From Felis catus (Eukaryota), in assembly GCF_018350175.1 (NCBI RefSeq), contig NC_058383.1:18478001-18538000 (forward strand): a DNA stretch of 60,000 bases, read 5' to 3'. Positions 1 to 11,820 of this stretch are shown here, in pieces (position 1 is the stretch's first letter; the number at the start of each line of letters is the position of its first letter). The notes under the pieces are model-generated. The model worked only from the letters and a program-made list of their open reading frames with translations. It did not search any database and was not told the origin of the DNA. Position numbers and translations under genes: made by a program.

Positions 1-304
1 GGATGAGAGCAGTAAAGGCTTTGCCCTGTGTCACATAATTATGGACAGATCTAAGGCTAGACCTTGGTTGACTTTCTCACCCCTTCATGCTCCAGGCCAC
101 ATTCCCGTAGAGGTGGTTCTCGGTTGAGTTTTCTTCCTTCCCTCTGTGTAACTGGGGGCATTCCTCAGACTCAGTCTTCAGTCCTGGTGAGTAGACATAA
201 TGGTAGCTGGCCTCATCTGGCTTCTGTAAATCCTGGGAATCTGTCTTTGCTTGCAGGATAGCAGGACTGGGGAAAATGAATTCTGCTTGCTTTCTTTTTT
301 AAAT

Positions 305-523
305 GTATCTTATTTTTTTTAGCGTTTATTTTTGAGAGAGAGAGAGAGAGAGAGGGCGCGAGCAGGGCAGGGATAGAGGGAGAGGGAGACACAGGATCTG
401 AAACAGGCTCCAGGCTCTGAACCATCAGCACAGAGCCCGACGCGGGGCTCAAACTCACAAACTGTGAGATCGTGACCTGAGCCGAAGTCGGCCGCTTAAC
501 CGACTGAGCCACGTAGGTGCCCC
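305..523 (-). mobile_element. CanSINE (felid type)
   Basis: tRNA-derived head, (CT)n, A-rich tail; TSD gaattctgctt on both sides. Confidence 0.9.
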
Positions 524-819
524 TGAATTCTGCTTTGTTTTCACACATTGTGGGTGTTCACCCTGCTCTGTTCACCTTGTTTCATTCGTGCATTCTCTTA
601 TTCAACATCATATAGCAATGGTGGATGAAGTGAATCTTGACCACGGACCCAGTCACTTGGGAGCAAGCCTGGGGATGTGTCCGTTTTAACTTAATTCAGC
701 AATTTCCTAACAAATGCAAACCATCAGCCCCCTCAGGTGTACTAATTGCTCACATGCCTTCTGTGATTTCCTAATCAGTATTTTAAAATGACAAAAACCA
801 CATGAATGATGAAAAAAAA

Positions 820-1005
820 ATTTTTAAATATTTATTTATTTTTTAGAGAGAGAGCGAGCAGGGGAGGGGTAGAGAGACAGACAGAATCCCAAGCAGGTTC
901 CATGCTGTCAACACAGAGCCCAGTGCGGGGCTCAAACCCACAAACTGTGAGATCATGACCTGAGCCAAAAATCAAGAGTCGGTCGCTTACTGACCAAGGC
1001 GCCCT
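820..1005 (-). mobile_element. CanSINE
   Basis: Typical CanSINE body and tail. Confidence 0.85.
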
Positions 1006-1492
1006 GAGTGATGCAGATTTCAGTACTGATATAATAAGGGTAGCGAACTTGTAGAAGTTGCTTGCTATATAGCAGGCACCTTCCATGAGTGTGACCTGTA
1101 TTAACCTACTTGTCACAGTAACCGGGGTGTCGCGGGTGTGGCCGGTGAGGGGACTGAAGCACAGAGGGATTGGACAGCTTGCTGCCCACGGCCGCACGGC
1201 CTCACGGCTGGTAAGTTTCAGGCCAGGATTCAGACCCAGGCAGGAAGACGACGGAGCAGGTGCTCACAGGCACCCAGTGTGACCATCCGTGCCACGTAAG
1301 CCTCACACGTCCACCAAGAGAGAGTGATGCTGCTTCCTGCCTGCCACCGTTGTCACAGGAGTTCTGGGAATCACTTCGTATAGTAAACTGTTGACGTTTT
1401 GGGACAAAGTAATAATAGTGCGCAGTGTATTATGTACGTTTTGTGACATTTGTGCGTATGGATACGTTAATGGTTTTTTTGAAGTGGTAAAT

Positions 1493-1700
1493 GGGGGCAC
1501 ATGGGTGGCTCAGTCAGCTAAGCATCTGGTTTTGGCTCAGGTCATGATCTCACGGCTCATGAGTTCGAGCCCCACATCGAGCTCTGGGCTCACAGCTCGG
1601 AGCCTGGAGAGCCTGCTTCGGATTCTGTGGTTCCCTCTCTCTCTGCCCCTCCCCTCGTTCATGCTCTGTCTCTCTCAAAAACGAATAAACATTGTAAGAA
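1493..1700 (+). mobile_element. CanSINE
   Basis: ggggcacatgggtggctcag head through the aataaacatt tail. Confidence 0.85.
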
Positions 1701-2392
1701 GGGGGTTTTAAATGGTTTCTCATTAGGTAACACCACATGCAAAACTTCAAAAAAAAATCAAATAGTACAAAAGGGTATGCAGGGAAAGGGAAGTCTCTCT
1801 TCTACCCCGGACCTTAGTGAGTCCTCCAACCTGGGAAGCAACACTGCCAGATTCCAGAATTATTCTGTGCATGTGGAAATGTAGCTAGAGATTTTTTTTT
1901 CTTAAGGGCAGACAGGAGCATGTTAGCACATCCCTCTGTACTGTACTTTTCCAGAGTCTGTTATCTGAGAATCATTCCACATCCGTGTCTGTGTCTGTAT
2001 GTGTGTCTACATCTGTACCTACGTCTACTTGGATGTCCTCTTGCTGTTTTCATGGCGATGCAATATTTCATTAAACGACCACGCCACAGCTGCTTTAACC
2101 CCAGCGGGTGGGCACGTGAGTCCTTTCCGTCATAGGGCCCGTTACACATCATGCTGCGGAGTAAACCCTCTTGCACCTGGCGTGCACGTGGGAGTCTACC
2201 TGTGGAGCAGCCGGTCAGTGGTCTGACCGGCTCCCCGGCCGAGCGCACACCGCCCGGTTGCCCCGCAGGGGGCGGCAGCAGACGACGCTCTTGTCGGCCC
2301 TGCGTGCCGTGGCTGCACCCGACTCCGTTGACTGCACTGGGTAGTAGCAAACATCGGCCTTGACGGCTCAGAAACAGAATACTGTTGTCTGA

Positions 2393-2551
<159 letters not shown>

Positions 2552-3609
2552 GTCGGAGAGCAGGGCGGGGACATCCTTTGGTACCCTTAACCCCCCAGGG
2601 AAGGGCACACTCCCTTCTCAGATCAGAGAATGTGAGAAGCCCCGTCGAGTGCCCACCTGAACAGGCAGCTGGGGGTCCACGTGGGCCACTGGTTCGTCAC
2701 GCTAAAGAAGTCCAAGACCTGGGCCGCCATCTTGGTTTGGAAAAGACACATTCACATTTCCCATACCCTCTTATTCCAGTTTTTCAGTATGTGTATTTTC
2801 AAACAACATGAAAGTAGAGGGAACGGTAGGACGAAAACCCATGTCCCACCAGCCAACTTTGGTGATTCACATCTTTCAATATTGTTTTATTTATCCCCAT
2901 TTTTCGTCGGTGTTGTCACTGGAATATTTTAAGGCACATCCAGAGAGTATAGCATTACCCCCATAAATACTTCCATGTGAATCTCCTACCAGTAAGCATT
3001 TTCTTCCCCCACCCCGGGATAATGGTAACATCATTACTGTACCTCACACATCAGCCGAAACTCCTCCATAGCACCTACTCTAGAGTCCGTGTTTGGATTT
3101 CCCCAGTTGTTTAAAAAAAAAAAAAAAAACCAGAAACAAATTCTATAGGTGGTGTGTTTGAAACAGGATCCAAACACGGTCCAAACTCTGTACTTGACAC
3201 GTCCCTTACATTTCTTAAAATGTGTAATAGAGACTTTAAATATCTTTGATTTATTGTTTTTTAGTTTGTTTGGTTTTTTCTTTTTTTTTGCTGAAGAGAC
3301 ACCACCCACCCCTGCCCCTATTAAATAGGTGAGATATGTCACCTTACCCCTCGAACGCATTCAAACACTCTTGCTCACGGAGGAGTTCCTTCCTTTATTT
3401 CTCTTTAAATATACATTAGTGACTTCTCTCCCATGATAACAATGCATGTTCGGTGTAGAAAATTGGAAAAGAAAAGGAAGAAAATGGGGGCTGGGACGGG
3501 CTTTTGAAAAAGGAGTCATCTGAGACAAGTTCTCACGTGCTCCAAGAGTGCCTTGGATTTGTGCAACAGTGCCTCGTACCTTGCCTTTTCTCTCCGCTGC
3601 ACATTCTAG

Positions 3610-3756
<147 letters not shown>

Positions 3757-4069
3757 TAACTGTCTTTAATGTAAACACAAACACAAAACAAACCTCCAAC
3801 CTCCAACCCTCACTAGATAGATTTTGAACCATGTTAATCTGCTAATACAGGCTAAACCATAGCACCTTGAGAGGAACTCATTAGCCACTAACGGAGATAG
3901 GGTTTGTGCCAAAGCGGGTTATTTTGGTCAAAACGAGCAGTCACAGCTGTCACACTCCCAGAGCACCCTGTGCGGTGGCAATTCTGCACAATCCCTGTGT
4001 TTTGGAGGAGGGAGATGACATTGCCCTGGGCTGCTGAGGGGGAAAAGTCTGCCTGCAGAGTTTTTCTTT

Positions 4070-4275
4070 GAACTTATTTTTATTTTGAGAGAGAGAGAGC
4101 GCGAGTGGGGAAGGGGCAGCGAGAGAGGGAGGGAGGGAGAGAATCCCAAGCCGGCTCTATGATGTCAGTGCAGGGCCCGAGGTGAGGGCCTTGAACCCGT
4201 GAACTGTGAGGTCGTGACCTGAGCCAAAATCAAGAGCCGGACGGACGCTTAACCGGCCGAGCCACCCAGGCGCCT
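4070..4275 (-). mobile_element. CanSINE
   Basis: Reverse-complement SINE body ending gccacccaggcgcc. Confidence 0.85.
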
Positions 4276-4802
4276 CTTTGTGTATATATTTTAAAGCTTC
4301 TATTTAAATGCTCTTTTGACAAACATCATACAAGCACATGAGAAAACAAAACAGAAGACGACAGTGTGGAGTACAAAGACCAACCCTTCCATCCTGCTCC
4401 CCTCACCACGAGTCTACCACCTTCTCTCAAGAGACAAGTGCCCTTGCCTGTGTCTTCCAGAAGTGAGCTATGCATGTGGAAGCACGTATGTCCCCCACTT
4501 GCTCTTTACGTAGATAGCAGCGCACTCTGCACGTTATGTACTCTACAGTTTGCTTTTCGAATTCCACGGGAAGCCTTAGAGACTGTTCCAGGTCGGTGCA
4601 CACAGACCCATCGCATTCTTTCAGATAGCTGCATATCCTCCAGTTGTGTGAGTGCGCCATAACCTCTTGAACCCAGCTCTCCTCGGTTACAGCCATGATG
4701 CAGCTGTGAGGCTGCAGTCAATATTCTGGAACGTACATCTTTGTACATATAGGATAAACTCTTAAAGGCAGAACTGCTGAGTGAAAGGGTGTACATTTAA
4801 AA

Positions 4803-5015
4803 TTTTTTTTTTCAACGTTTATTTATTTTTGGGACAGAGAGAGACAGAGCATGAACGGGGGAGGGGCAGAGAGAGAGGGAGACACAGAATCGGAAACAGG
4901 CTCCAGGCTCCGAGCCATCAGCCCAGAGCCCGACGCGGGGCTCGAACTCCCGGACCGCGAGATCGTGACCTGGCTGAAGTCGGACGCTTAACCGACTGCG
5001 CCACCCAGGTGCCCC
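4803..5015 (-). mobile_element. Young felid-type CanSINE
   Basis: TSD aagggtgtacattt at 4785-4798 and 5018-5031. Confidence 0.92.
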
Positions 5016-5049
5016 GTAAGGGTGTACATTTTAAATGCGGGGTGGAGGG

Positions 5050-5255
5050 GGGGGCGCCTGGGTGGCGCAGTAGGTTAAGCATCCGACTTCAGCCAGGTCA
5101 CGATCTCGCGGTCCGGGAGTTCGAGCCCCGCGTCGGGCTCTGGGCTGATGCCTCGGAGCCTGTTTCCGATTCTGTGTCTCACTCTCTCTCTGCCCCTCCC
5201 CCGTTCATGCTCTCTCTCTGTCCCAAAAATAAATAAACGTTGAAAAAAAAAAAAT
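5050..5255 (+). mobile_element. Young felid-type CanSINE, inverted relative to the previous copy
   Basis: TSD ttaaatgcggggtgg at 5031-5045 and 5256-5270. Confidence 0.92.
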
Positions 5256-5271
5256 TTAAATGCGGGGTGGG

Positions 5272-5485
5272 GGGGGCACCTGGCTGGCTCAGTCGGTAGA
5301 GCATGCAACTGACTCTGGATCTCAGGGTTATGAGTTCAAGCCCCACACTGGGTGTGGGGCCTACTTGAAAAAAAAAAAAAAAGGAGGGTGCCTGGGTGGC
5401 TCTTTCAGTTAAGCATCTGACTTCGGCTCAGGTCACGATCTCGCGGTCTGTGAGTTTGAGCCCTGCGTCAGGCTCTGTGCTGACT
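5272..5485 (+). mobile_element. Short tRNA-derived SINE followed by a 3'-truncated CanSINE
   Basis: SINE heads at ~5272 and ~5386. The second stops abruptly at ...ctgtgctgac before a G-run. Confidence 0.8.
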
Positions 5486-5844
5486 GAGGGGGGAGCGGGG
5501 GGGGGGGGTAAGCATCTGCATGATGAAACAAGGCGTTCTTTGAAACTGGCAAACTCTTGAGGCCCCCGTGGATGTTCTAAGAAAGGACAGGAGCAGACAG
5601 TTGCCACCTGCCTCCTGTGGGAATTCTGCAGTCCTCAAACTGCCTGCAAGGCTTGGGGCTTCAAGGGTTCAAAGAGGTTCTGCATATTTATTACTAACGT
5701 GGGATGTGGGAGAGAGAACACTGATGTGAAACCTAGTCTAGTTAAAGGTTATTGAGCCCAAGCAACACTTCTGAAAGTCTGAAAGTGAAGCTGAAATATA
5801 CGATAAAAGCCAATGAGGAAATATTACTAAGAATAAGATTGTCA

Positions 5845-6080
5845 GGGCTCCTGGGTGGCTCAGTTGGTTAAATGTCCAGTTTTGGCTCAGCTCATGAATT
5901 CATGGTTCAGGAGTTCAAGCCCCATATTGGGCTGTGTGCTGGCAGCTCAGAGCCTGGAGCCTGCTTCAGATTCTGTGTCTCCCTCTCTCTCTGCCCCTCC
6001 CTGCTCACATTCTCTCTCTCTCTCTCTCTCTCAAAAATAAAATAAACATTAAAAAGAAAAATTAAAAAAAAAAAAAAAGA
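5845..6080 (+). mobile_element. CanSINE
   Basis: Head, (CT)n and poly-A tail. Confidence 0.88.
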
Positions 6081-7151
6081 ATATGATTATCTAATAATTC
6101 TTAAAAAAAAAAAACCCTCCTACTCTTAATAAAAACTTCTGGTCCTTAAAAAGAACAACAACAACAACAAAAAAAGTGCTCTCAGAATCTTCTACCTGCA
6201 GGTGGCTGTCATAATTTAGAAGGATGTTCTGACATGGGCTGGCATGGCACCATTTTTCTAAGCTATGCCAGCTCCTCTCTGTGGGAAGAGACAGAAAGTC
6301 ACCCGGGAGCAGACTGCTGGTCTTCAGGGGCTCAGGTGAAAAGACCTGCCGAAGGTCATGGAATGAGAAGCAAGGACACAAGCAAGGAGGCTTAAGAGAA
6401 ACCTCAGTGCAGAAGGGTTCTGTCTTTCCCGGCGTGCTGTGGGGTGGGCGGAGACGGAACGGGGTTGAGGCCGAGTGAAGGGATGTGCACAAAGGGTCCC
6501 AGGCCTTCTGGAAGAAACCCCCAGCCCCAAAGTTAGGGAAGCCTGTGAGACGAAGTGCGGTGGCCCCGGCCGAGGTCCCTGCAGGAAATATCCCTCCTGC
6601 AGGGCAGAAAAGTCCAGGCTGGTAACAGGCCACCTCAGGGCCTCAGGGTGGTTCTGACAGGTCTGGTCACCGTCACTGAGACTCTAAGTCCTTCAGGAGC
6701 CAACTCAGCCCAGAAGTGGAGGATGATAGCATGAGAGGCAAGAAGTGGAAACTCTAGGCTGTTGCTGGCAGGGCCTGTCCCATCAAGGACACCGTCATAG
6801 CAGCGAGCGACAGGCCCGCAGCCTGCCCGGGACCCGTGACCAGGCTGCAGTGCCAGTGGACCGCCCAGGCCAGCCAGCGCCTCCCCCACCCCACCCCGAC
6901 ACCTGGCACTTGAAAGCAGGACAGCCCCGTTTGAACTTCACAACATGACACCGAAGTTCCAGATCCCCTTTTCATCACCGTGCAACCCAACTGCTTTTCT
7001 TTCCTGCTCGGGACCAGGCCGATCAGTCTCATCGTGTCTCAGATCATACATACAGACGTACGTACACAGATCTGCTTCAGTTCTCGCCGATGAGGCTTTG
7101 TTTTGTTTTCCTCTTTAAGCAAAGCACTTTAAGAAGATTTTATTTTGTTAC

Positions 7152-7191
7152 CTGTAACAGATCTTCACTGAGGACTTCTGTTTTCTCGGCT
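7152..7191 (-). pseudogene. ARHGAP17: ARHGAP17 exon 2 copy (R-AEKTEVLSEDLLQ), intact with canonical splice sites
   Basis: Minus strand reads tccccacag|AGCCGAGAAAACAGAAGTCCTCAGTGAAGATCTGTTACAG|gtaac (40 nt), identical in translation to recalled ARHGAP17 residues following QTVGR. I did not find exon 3 (IERRLDTVRS...) to its left. Confidence 0.88.
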
Positions 7192-7292
7192 CTGTGGGGA
7201 AAAATGAAAAGCTCAGAGTCAGAAATCCAGAAATGCAAAGGAACTCGTGAAATGTAACAATTATTATCCCAGAGTTTAAAACAAAACAGCTA

Positions 7293-7510
7293 GGGACGGA
7301 CGCCTGGGTGGCTCGGTCGGTCGAGCGTTCAACTCTTGACTTCAGCTCAGGTCATGATCCAGGGTCGTGGGATCAAACCCCACGTCGGGCTCTGTGTGCA
7401 GGGTGGCGCCTGCTTGGGGTTCTCTCCGTCTCCCTCGGCCCCTGTCTCCCCCCGTTCCCCGCTTGTGTATGCACGCTCTCTCTCTCTAAAATAAGAAAAT
7501 AAAAAATAAA
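7293..7510 (+). mobile_element. CanSINE
   Basis: SINE head and A-rich tail. Confidence 0.8.
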
Positions 7511-8679
7511 CAAAACAGGTAGAAATGAATGATAACGTGGAGAGAAATTCCACCAATGTTGACATCAGAGGGCTCCTTGAGCAAAACCAAAGAAAAAAAC
7601 CAGCAAACAAAAGTCTGCAAAGAATAGCAACCCCAAACAAGAACAAAGCCTCAAGACCAGTGGCTCCCAGACCTGGGCGTGTATAGAATCACTGAGGGTG
7701 GGGAGTGTGCGGATTTAAAATGCCAGTGTCCAGGCCTCACCTCTGTTCAAAAGCAGGTCTGGAACACGATCCTGCTTCTTGAAGAGGCCCTTTCCTCCCA
7801 GAATTCCATGGCCGAGACCCACAGGCCACCCTTGGAGAAAAGACTGCTCTAGAGGCGCCTCGCTGGCTCAGTCGGTAGAATGTGCAACTCTAGATCTGGG
7901 GGTCATGAGTTTGAGCCCCACATTGGGCATGGAGCCTACTTAAAATAAATTAAAAAAAATAAAATAAAAAAAGACCGCTGTAGAGAAGCTGAACCTTCAG
8001 TTCCTAAAACGATCATTTCTGAGCTTCACAGCCTTACTGAAACAAGTCTGTCACAAATCCAGGAACGTGATTCAACTACACACACAAATAGTTAACAACT
8101 GAGTACTCCTTCCTTCAGGCCTCTCATCTTTACTTTACAAAGAAACAAAGTATTTGCACAGCTTTCTCCCACTCATGCTTTCCAATTATCATTAACTATG
8201 TAGACCTTTCCAGAAAGCCGACCTGGCGGCCATCAATCGGCAGAGGAACAGCCTGAGTTGCTCGAGCCTCAGTTGCCAGATCACGGTACTTTCCGAGGAC
8301 TCCTCTGCAGTCCAAAGGGGCAGCACTGTTGCTGTACGTAATACCCAGATGGCAATCGAGGTGCCATAGTGGGACTTCTGGATCAAACAGGATTTAAGTC
8401 GAGTCATTTGACACCCCTGTAATCAAGTCATTTGATTACAAAGGAAATCAATGTATTTATTATCCTTTTTCTCATTTTACCAACTAGACCCTTTGCTTTC
8501 AATTTAGAGGTACTTTACCTAAAAAGGTATCTGGAGACTGAAATCTACGTGGAACATATTATATGAAAATGTTAACATACAGCTTGAGAACAAGTGGACA
8601 CTATGTTTCCTGCCTTTATGGACACTCAGCCACATATTACATTGATAAAATGAATTTTAGAAAGAGATCCAATATCTCT

Positions 8680-9023
8680 CCTTAATCAGATTTATTTCTG
8701 GGCTCTCTAGTCTGTTCCATTTATGTATCTTTTTTATGCCAATACCATCCTATTTTGATGACTACTGCTTTGTAATATACAGCCGACCCTTGAACAACAT
8801 AGGAGTTAGGGGTGTTGACCCTGTGCAGTGAAAAATTGGCACGTAACTTTTAACTCCCTGAAAACTTAACTACTAGTAGCTACTGTTGACCAGAAACATC
8901 ACTGAGAACATAAATAGTTGGTTAATATGAATTATATGTTATGTGCATTGTTTAATGTATTCTTACAATAAAGAAAGTTAGAAAATGTAATTACTTTTTA
9001 ACATTTTTTAATGTTTATTTACT

Positions 9024-9088
<65 letters not shown>

Positions 9089-9600
9089 GTGTGTGTGCAG
9101 GTGAGGGACAGAGAGAGGGAGACAGAATCCAAACCAGGCTTCAGACTCTGAGCTGTTAGCACAGAGCCCAATGCAGGGCTCGAACTCACGAACTGCGAGA
9201 CCATGACCTGAGTCGAAGTTGGACGCTTAACCGACTGAGCCAGCCAGGCACCCCTACAAAGAAAATGTTATTAAGCAAATTGTACGGAAGAGAAAATACA
9301 TCTACAGTACTGTACTGCAAAAAAAATCTGCATATACGTGGGCCCATGCAATTCAAACCCACGTTGTTCAGGGATCAAGGAGTTTGAAATCGGGAAGTGT
9401 GACGCCTCCAGCCTTGTTCTTCTAGCTCAGGATTGCTTTTGCTGTTTCAGTCGTTTGTGGTTCCATGTGGATTTTACAAATGTTTTTCTTTTTTCTGTGA
9501 AGAATGCCATTAGAATTTTGATAGGAACTGTACTGAATCTGTAGACAGCTTTGGGTAGTATGGAGGTTTTAATAATATTAAATCGTCTAAACCATGAATA
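8680..9600 (-). mobile_element. Old L1 fragment interrupted by a Tigger2-like DNA transposon (~8780-9378), itself interrupted by a CanSINE (~9005-9255)
   Basis: L1 ORF2-like antisense translation (ILPKAVYRFSTVPIKI). Inverted termini cagccgacccttgaacaac...gttgttcagggatcaa. SINE with (GA)n(GT)n. Confidence 0.7.
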
Positions 9601-9987
9601 CAGGCTATCTGGGAAGATTACTTTTCGTGACGAATCATGAGTCTGGAATGTAACATACAAATTGGGGTGGCTCCTTCACACTGAGATACCCCCATTGGTC
9701 TATGCTGTCCCCACCTTAATTTTAGGGAACCACCATGGTCCCTACCTCCCCCAATATGTGCTCCAAATGACTCGATCTCCAAATCACTCGACTCGACTCA
9801 TCACTGTGTCTGGTCCAAGGCTCAGCCCTTTCTATGCTCAACTGTTTGGGAGTGTTCATCTTTACCAGAGAATTTGCCAGTAGAATTTTTACCCAGGGAA
9901 AGTCTAGCAATTACTCAGAATACTGGCCACGGTGCCCATTCAAAGACTATATAGCCACAGAAACTTGGTTTTTACTGAGATGTGATT

Positions 9988-10198
9988 TTTTTTAAGTTTA
10001 CTTATTTATTTTGAGACAGACAGGGAGAGTGTGACTAGGGGAGGGGCAGAGAGAGAGGGAGAATCCCAAGCAGGCTCCTCGAGATCAGTGCACAGAATCT
10101 GATGCAGGGCTCAATCTCACAATCTGAACCGCGAGATCATGACCTGAGCCGAAATCAAGAGTTGGACACTCAACCGACTGAGCCACCCCGGCGCCCCT
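9988..10198 (-). mobile_element. CanSINE
   Basis: TSD ctgagatgtgat on both sides. Confidence 0.88.
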
Positions 10199-11491
10199 GA
10201 GATGTGATATTTGATCAGATTTTAAAAATTCATGAATAAAGCAAAGAGGGAGAGCAATACGTTAAACTTATCAAGGCACCTAGAGACAACGCAAGCCAAC
10301 GAGTAAAAAAAAACACTTGCTAAATCAGATTGTTTTCAATCAGACATTTTGCTCCACAGACCTAAACTTTTTGTATACGGGTCTTTTTTCTGCTTCGTCA
10401 GAGCCTTCTTTGTGTCCAATGTTCTGTGCTTGAAAACACACTTGAATGTTTCCGTCTGTAACTGGGAAAACGATACAAAGCAGGAAAGCACTTCCGGCTC
10501 ACCATTTTACTCTGGGGTTTGTTTTTTCCTATGCAAGCCACTGTGCAATCTCACTAGTCATTCCAACAAGGCTTACATAGGGCGGGATTTTTAAATTTAT
10601 TACTTTTTGGTAAAGCATTAACTTTTTCCCTTGTAATCCCCAAAACCTACAAGCGGCAGGGCCGTGCAGGCCTTGATGTCTTCCCCGGTTCCCTTGACTG
10701 GTTGTGGTAATGGCCAGCCTTTCAGTCGTGCCTAAGGGGAGTCTCACTCTTACTGGGCCAGAAGAAAATGGAAACGCCCCCAACCTGAAGCAGTTCAACT
10801 TACCCGGAAAGACACAGACGCTTACACTAGGGCACAGGGTCAAAGGAAAATCTCCAACTGGCGTGACAATTTCCAACTCTAATTGTGGACTGGTCTCCGG
10901 AGAAGTTTCTGCCATCGGTACACTCAAATGCCCAACGCCACTAATGTGAAACACCACCCTGTTTCCAGGATACAGACTACCGCACGTGGGCCGCGTCCAC
11001 CTGTATAACGCACGTATTATGGGACCGTGGAAATAAATGCTCAAGTCCACACCTTCAATGCATGCTGTGATCTGCCAAGCACTGTGCATGACTGACCTCT
11101 TCCCTGCGAGCCAGAGAGATCCATGGGGGCAGAGACCAAGTCTATCTCGGCCATCGCTGCCCCCTTCCCCGGAGCATCCGGCTTGCCATGGCCACCTGCC
11201 TGCCACACCATTGTGGGTGCTTCGTAAAAACACACTGAATGCATTAATGAAAAAGCAAATGGCTGTCCCAACAATAGAGAATGGTTTGAAAAAAAGGTCT
11301 TTGTAGATTTCAACAGAGGTAGCAAGAAAAAAATTCAATAGCAGTAGGCAGAAAAGCAGACGTGTGCGTAGAATTGCCTTCCACAGTAAAATCCACAGCG
11401 ACTAAAATGAAAACATGATAGTGCCTTCCAAAGCTAATGTTGTTGTTGTTTTTTTAATGAAAAAAATACAGCAAGTAAACTACCCATATTA

Positions 11492-11820
11492 CCAGGGGTC
11501 AGCAAACTATGGCCCACAGATCCAATCTAGCTCACTGCCTATTTTTGTATGGCAAGCTAATGGTTTTTACTTTAAAATGGTGGGGGGTGGGGGAAAGAAA
11601 CTCCAAAGAGGAACATACGTACGATGCGCAAGGACGATACGAAATTCAAGTTTCGGTGTGCACAAATCAAGTGTGACTGGAGCACAGCCAGGCTGATACG
11701 TTTCTGCATCATCTATGGCTGCTTTCACACCACAACGGCAGGGTGGCGTTACTGCGACAGAGACCAGACGGCCTGTGGGGCTCAAAATATTTACTCTCTG
11801 GCTGCCTACCAACCAGGGTG
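11492..11820. mobile_element. MER58-like hAT DNA transposon relic (another at ~12210-12480)
   Basis: caggggtcagcaaactatggccc terminus and the typical MER58 internal sequence. Confidence 0.6.

Noticed and set aside
7853..7945. tRNA-like sequences (also ~5272-5365)
   Set aside because: These are tRNA-derived SINE heads with A-rich tails, not intact tRNA genes.
8214..8369. Terminal-exon-like stretch on + (KADLAAINRQRNSL...MAIEVP*) after an acceptor-like tttccag
   Set aside because: It does not match the LCMT1 C-terminus or any protein I recognise, so it is probably chance.
10529..11338. 269-aa minus-strand ORF, including a possible ag...gtaag-bounded segment
   Set aside because: Non-ATG start, no family I recognise, and located inside ARHGAP17 intron 1. 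Nothing beyond length supports it.
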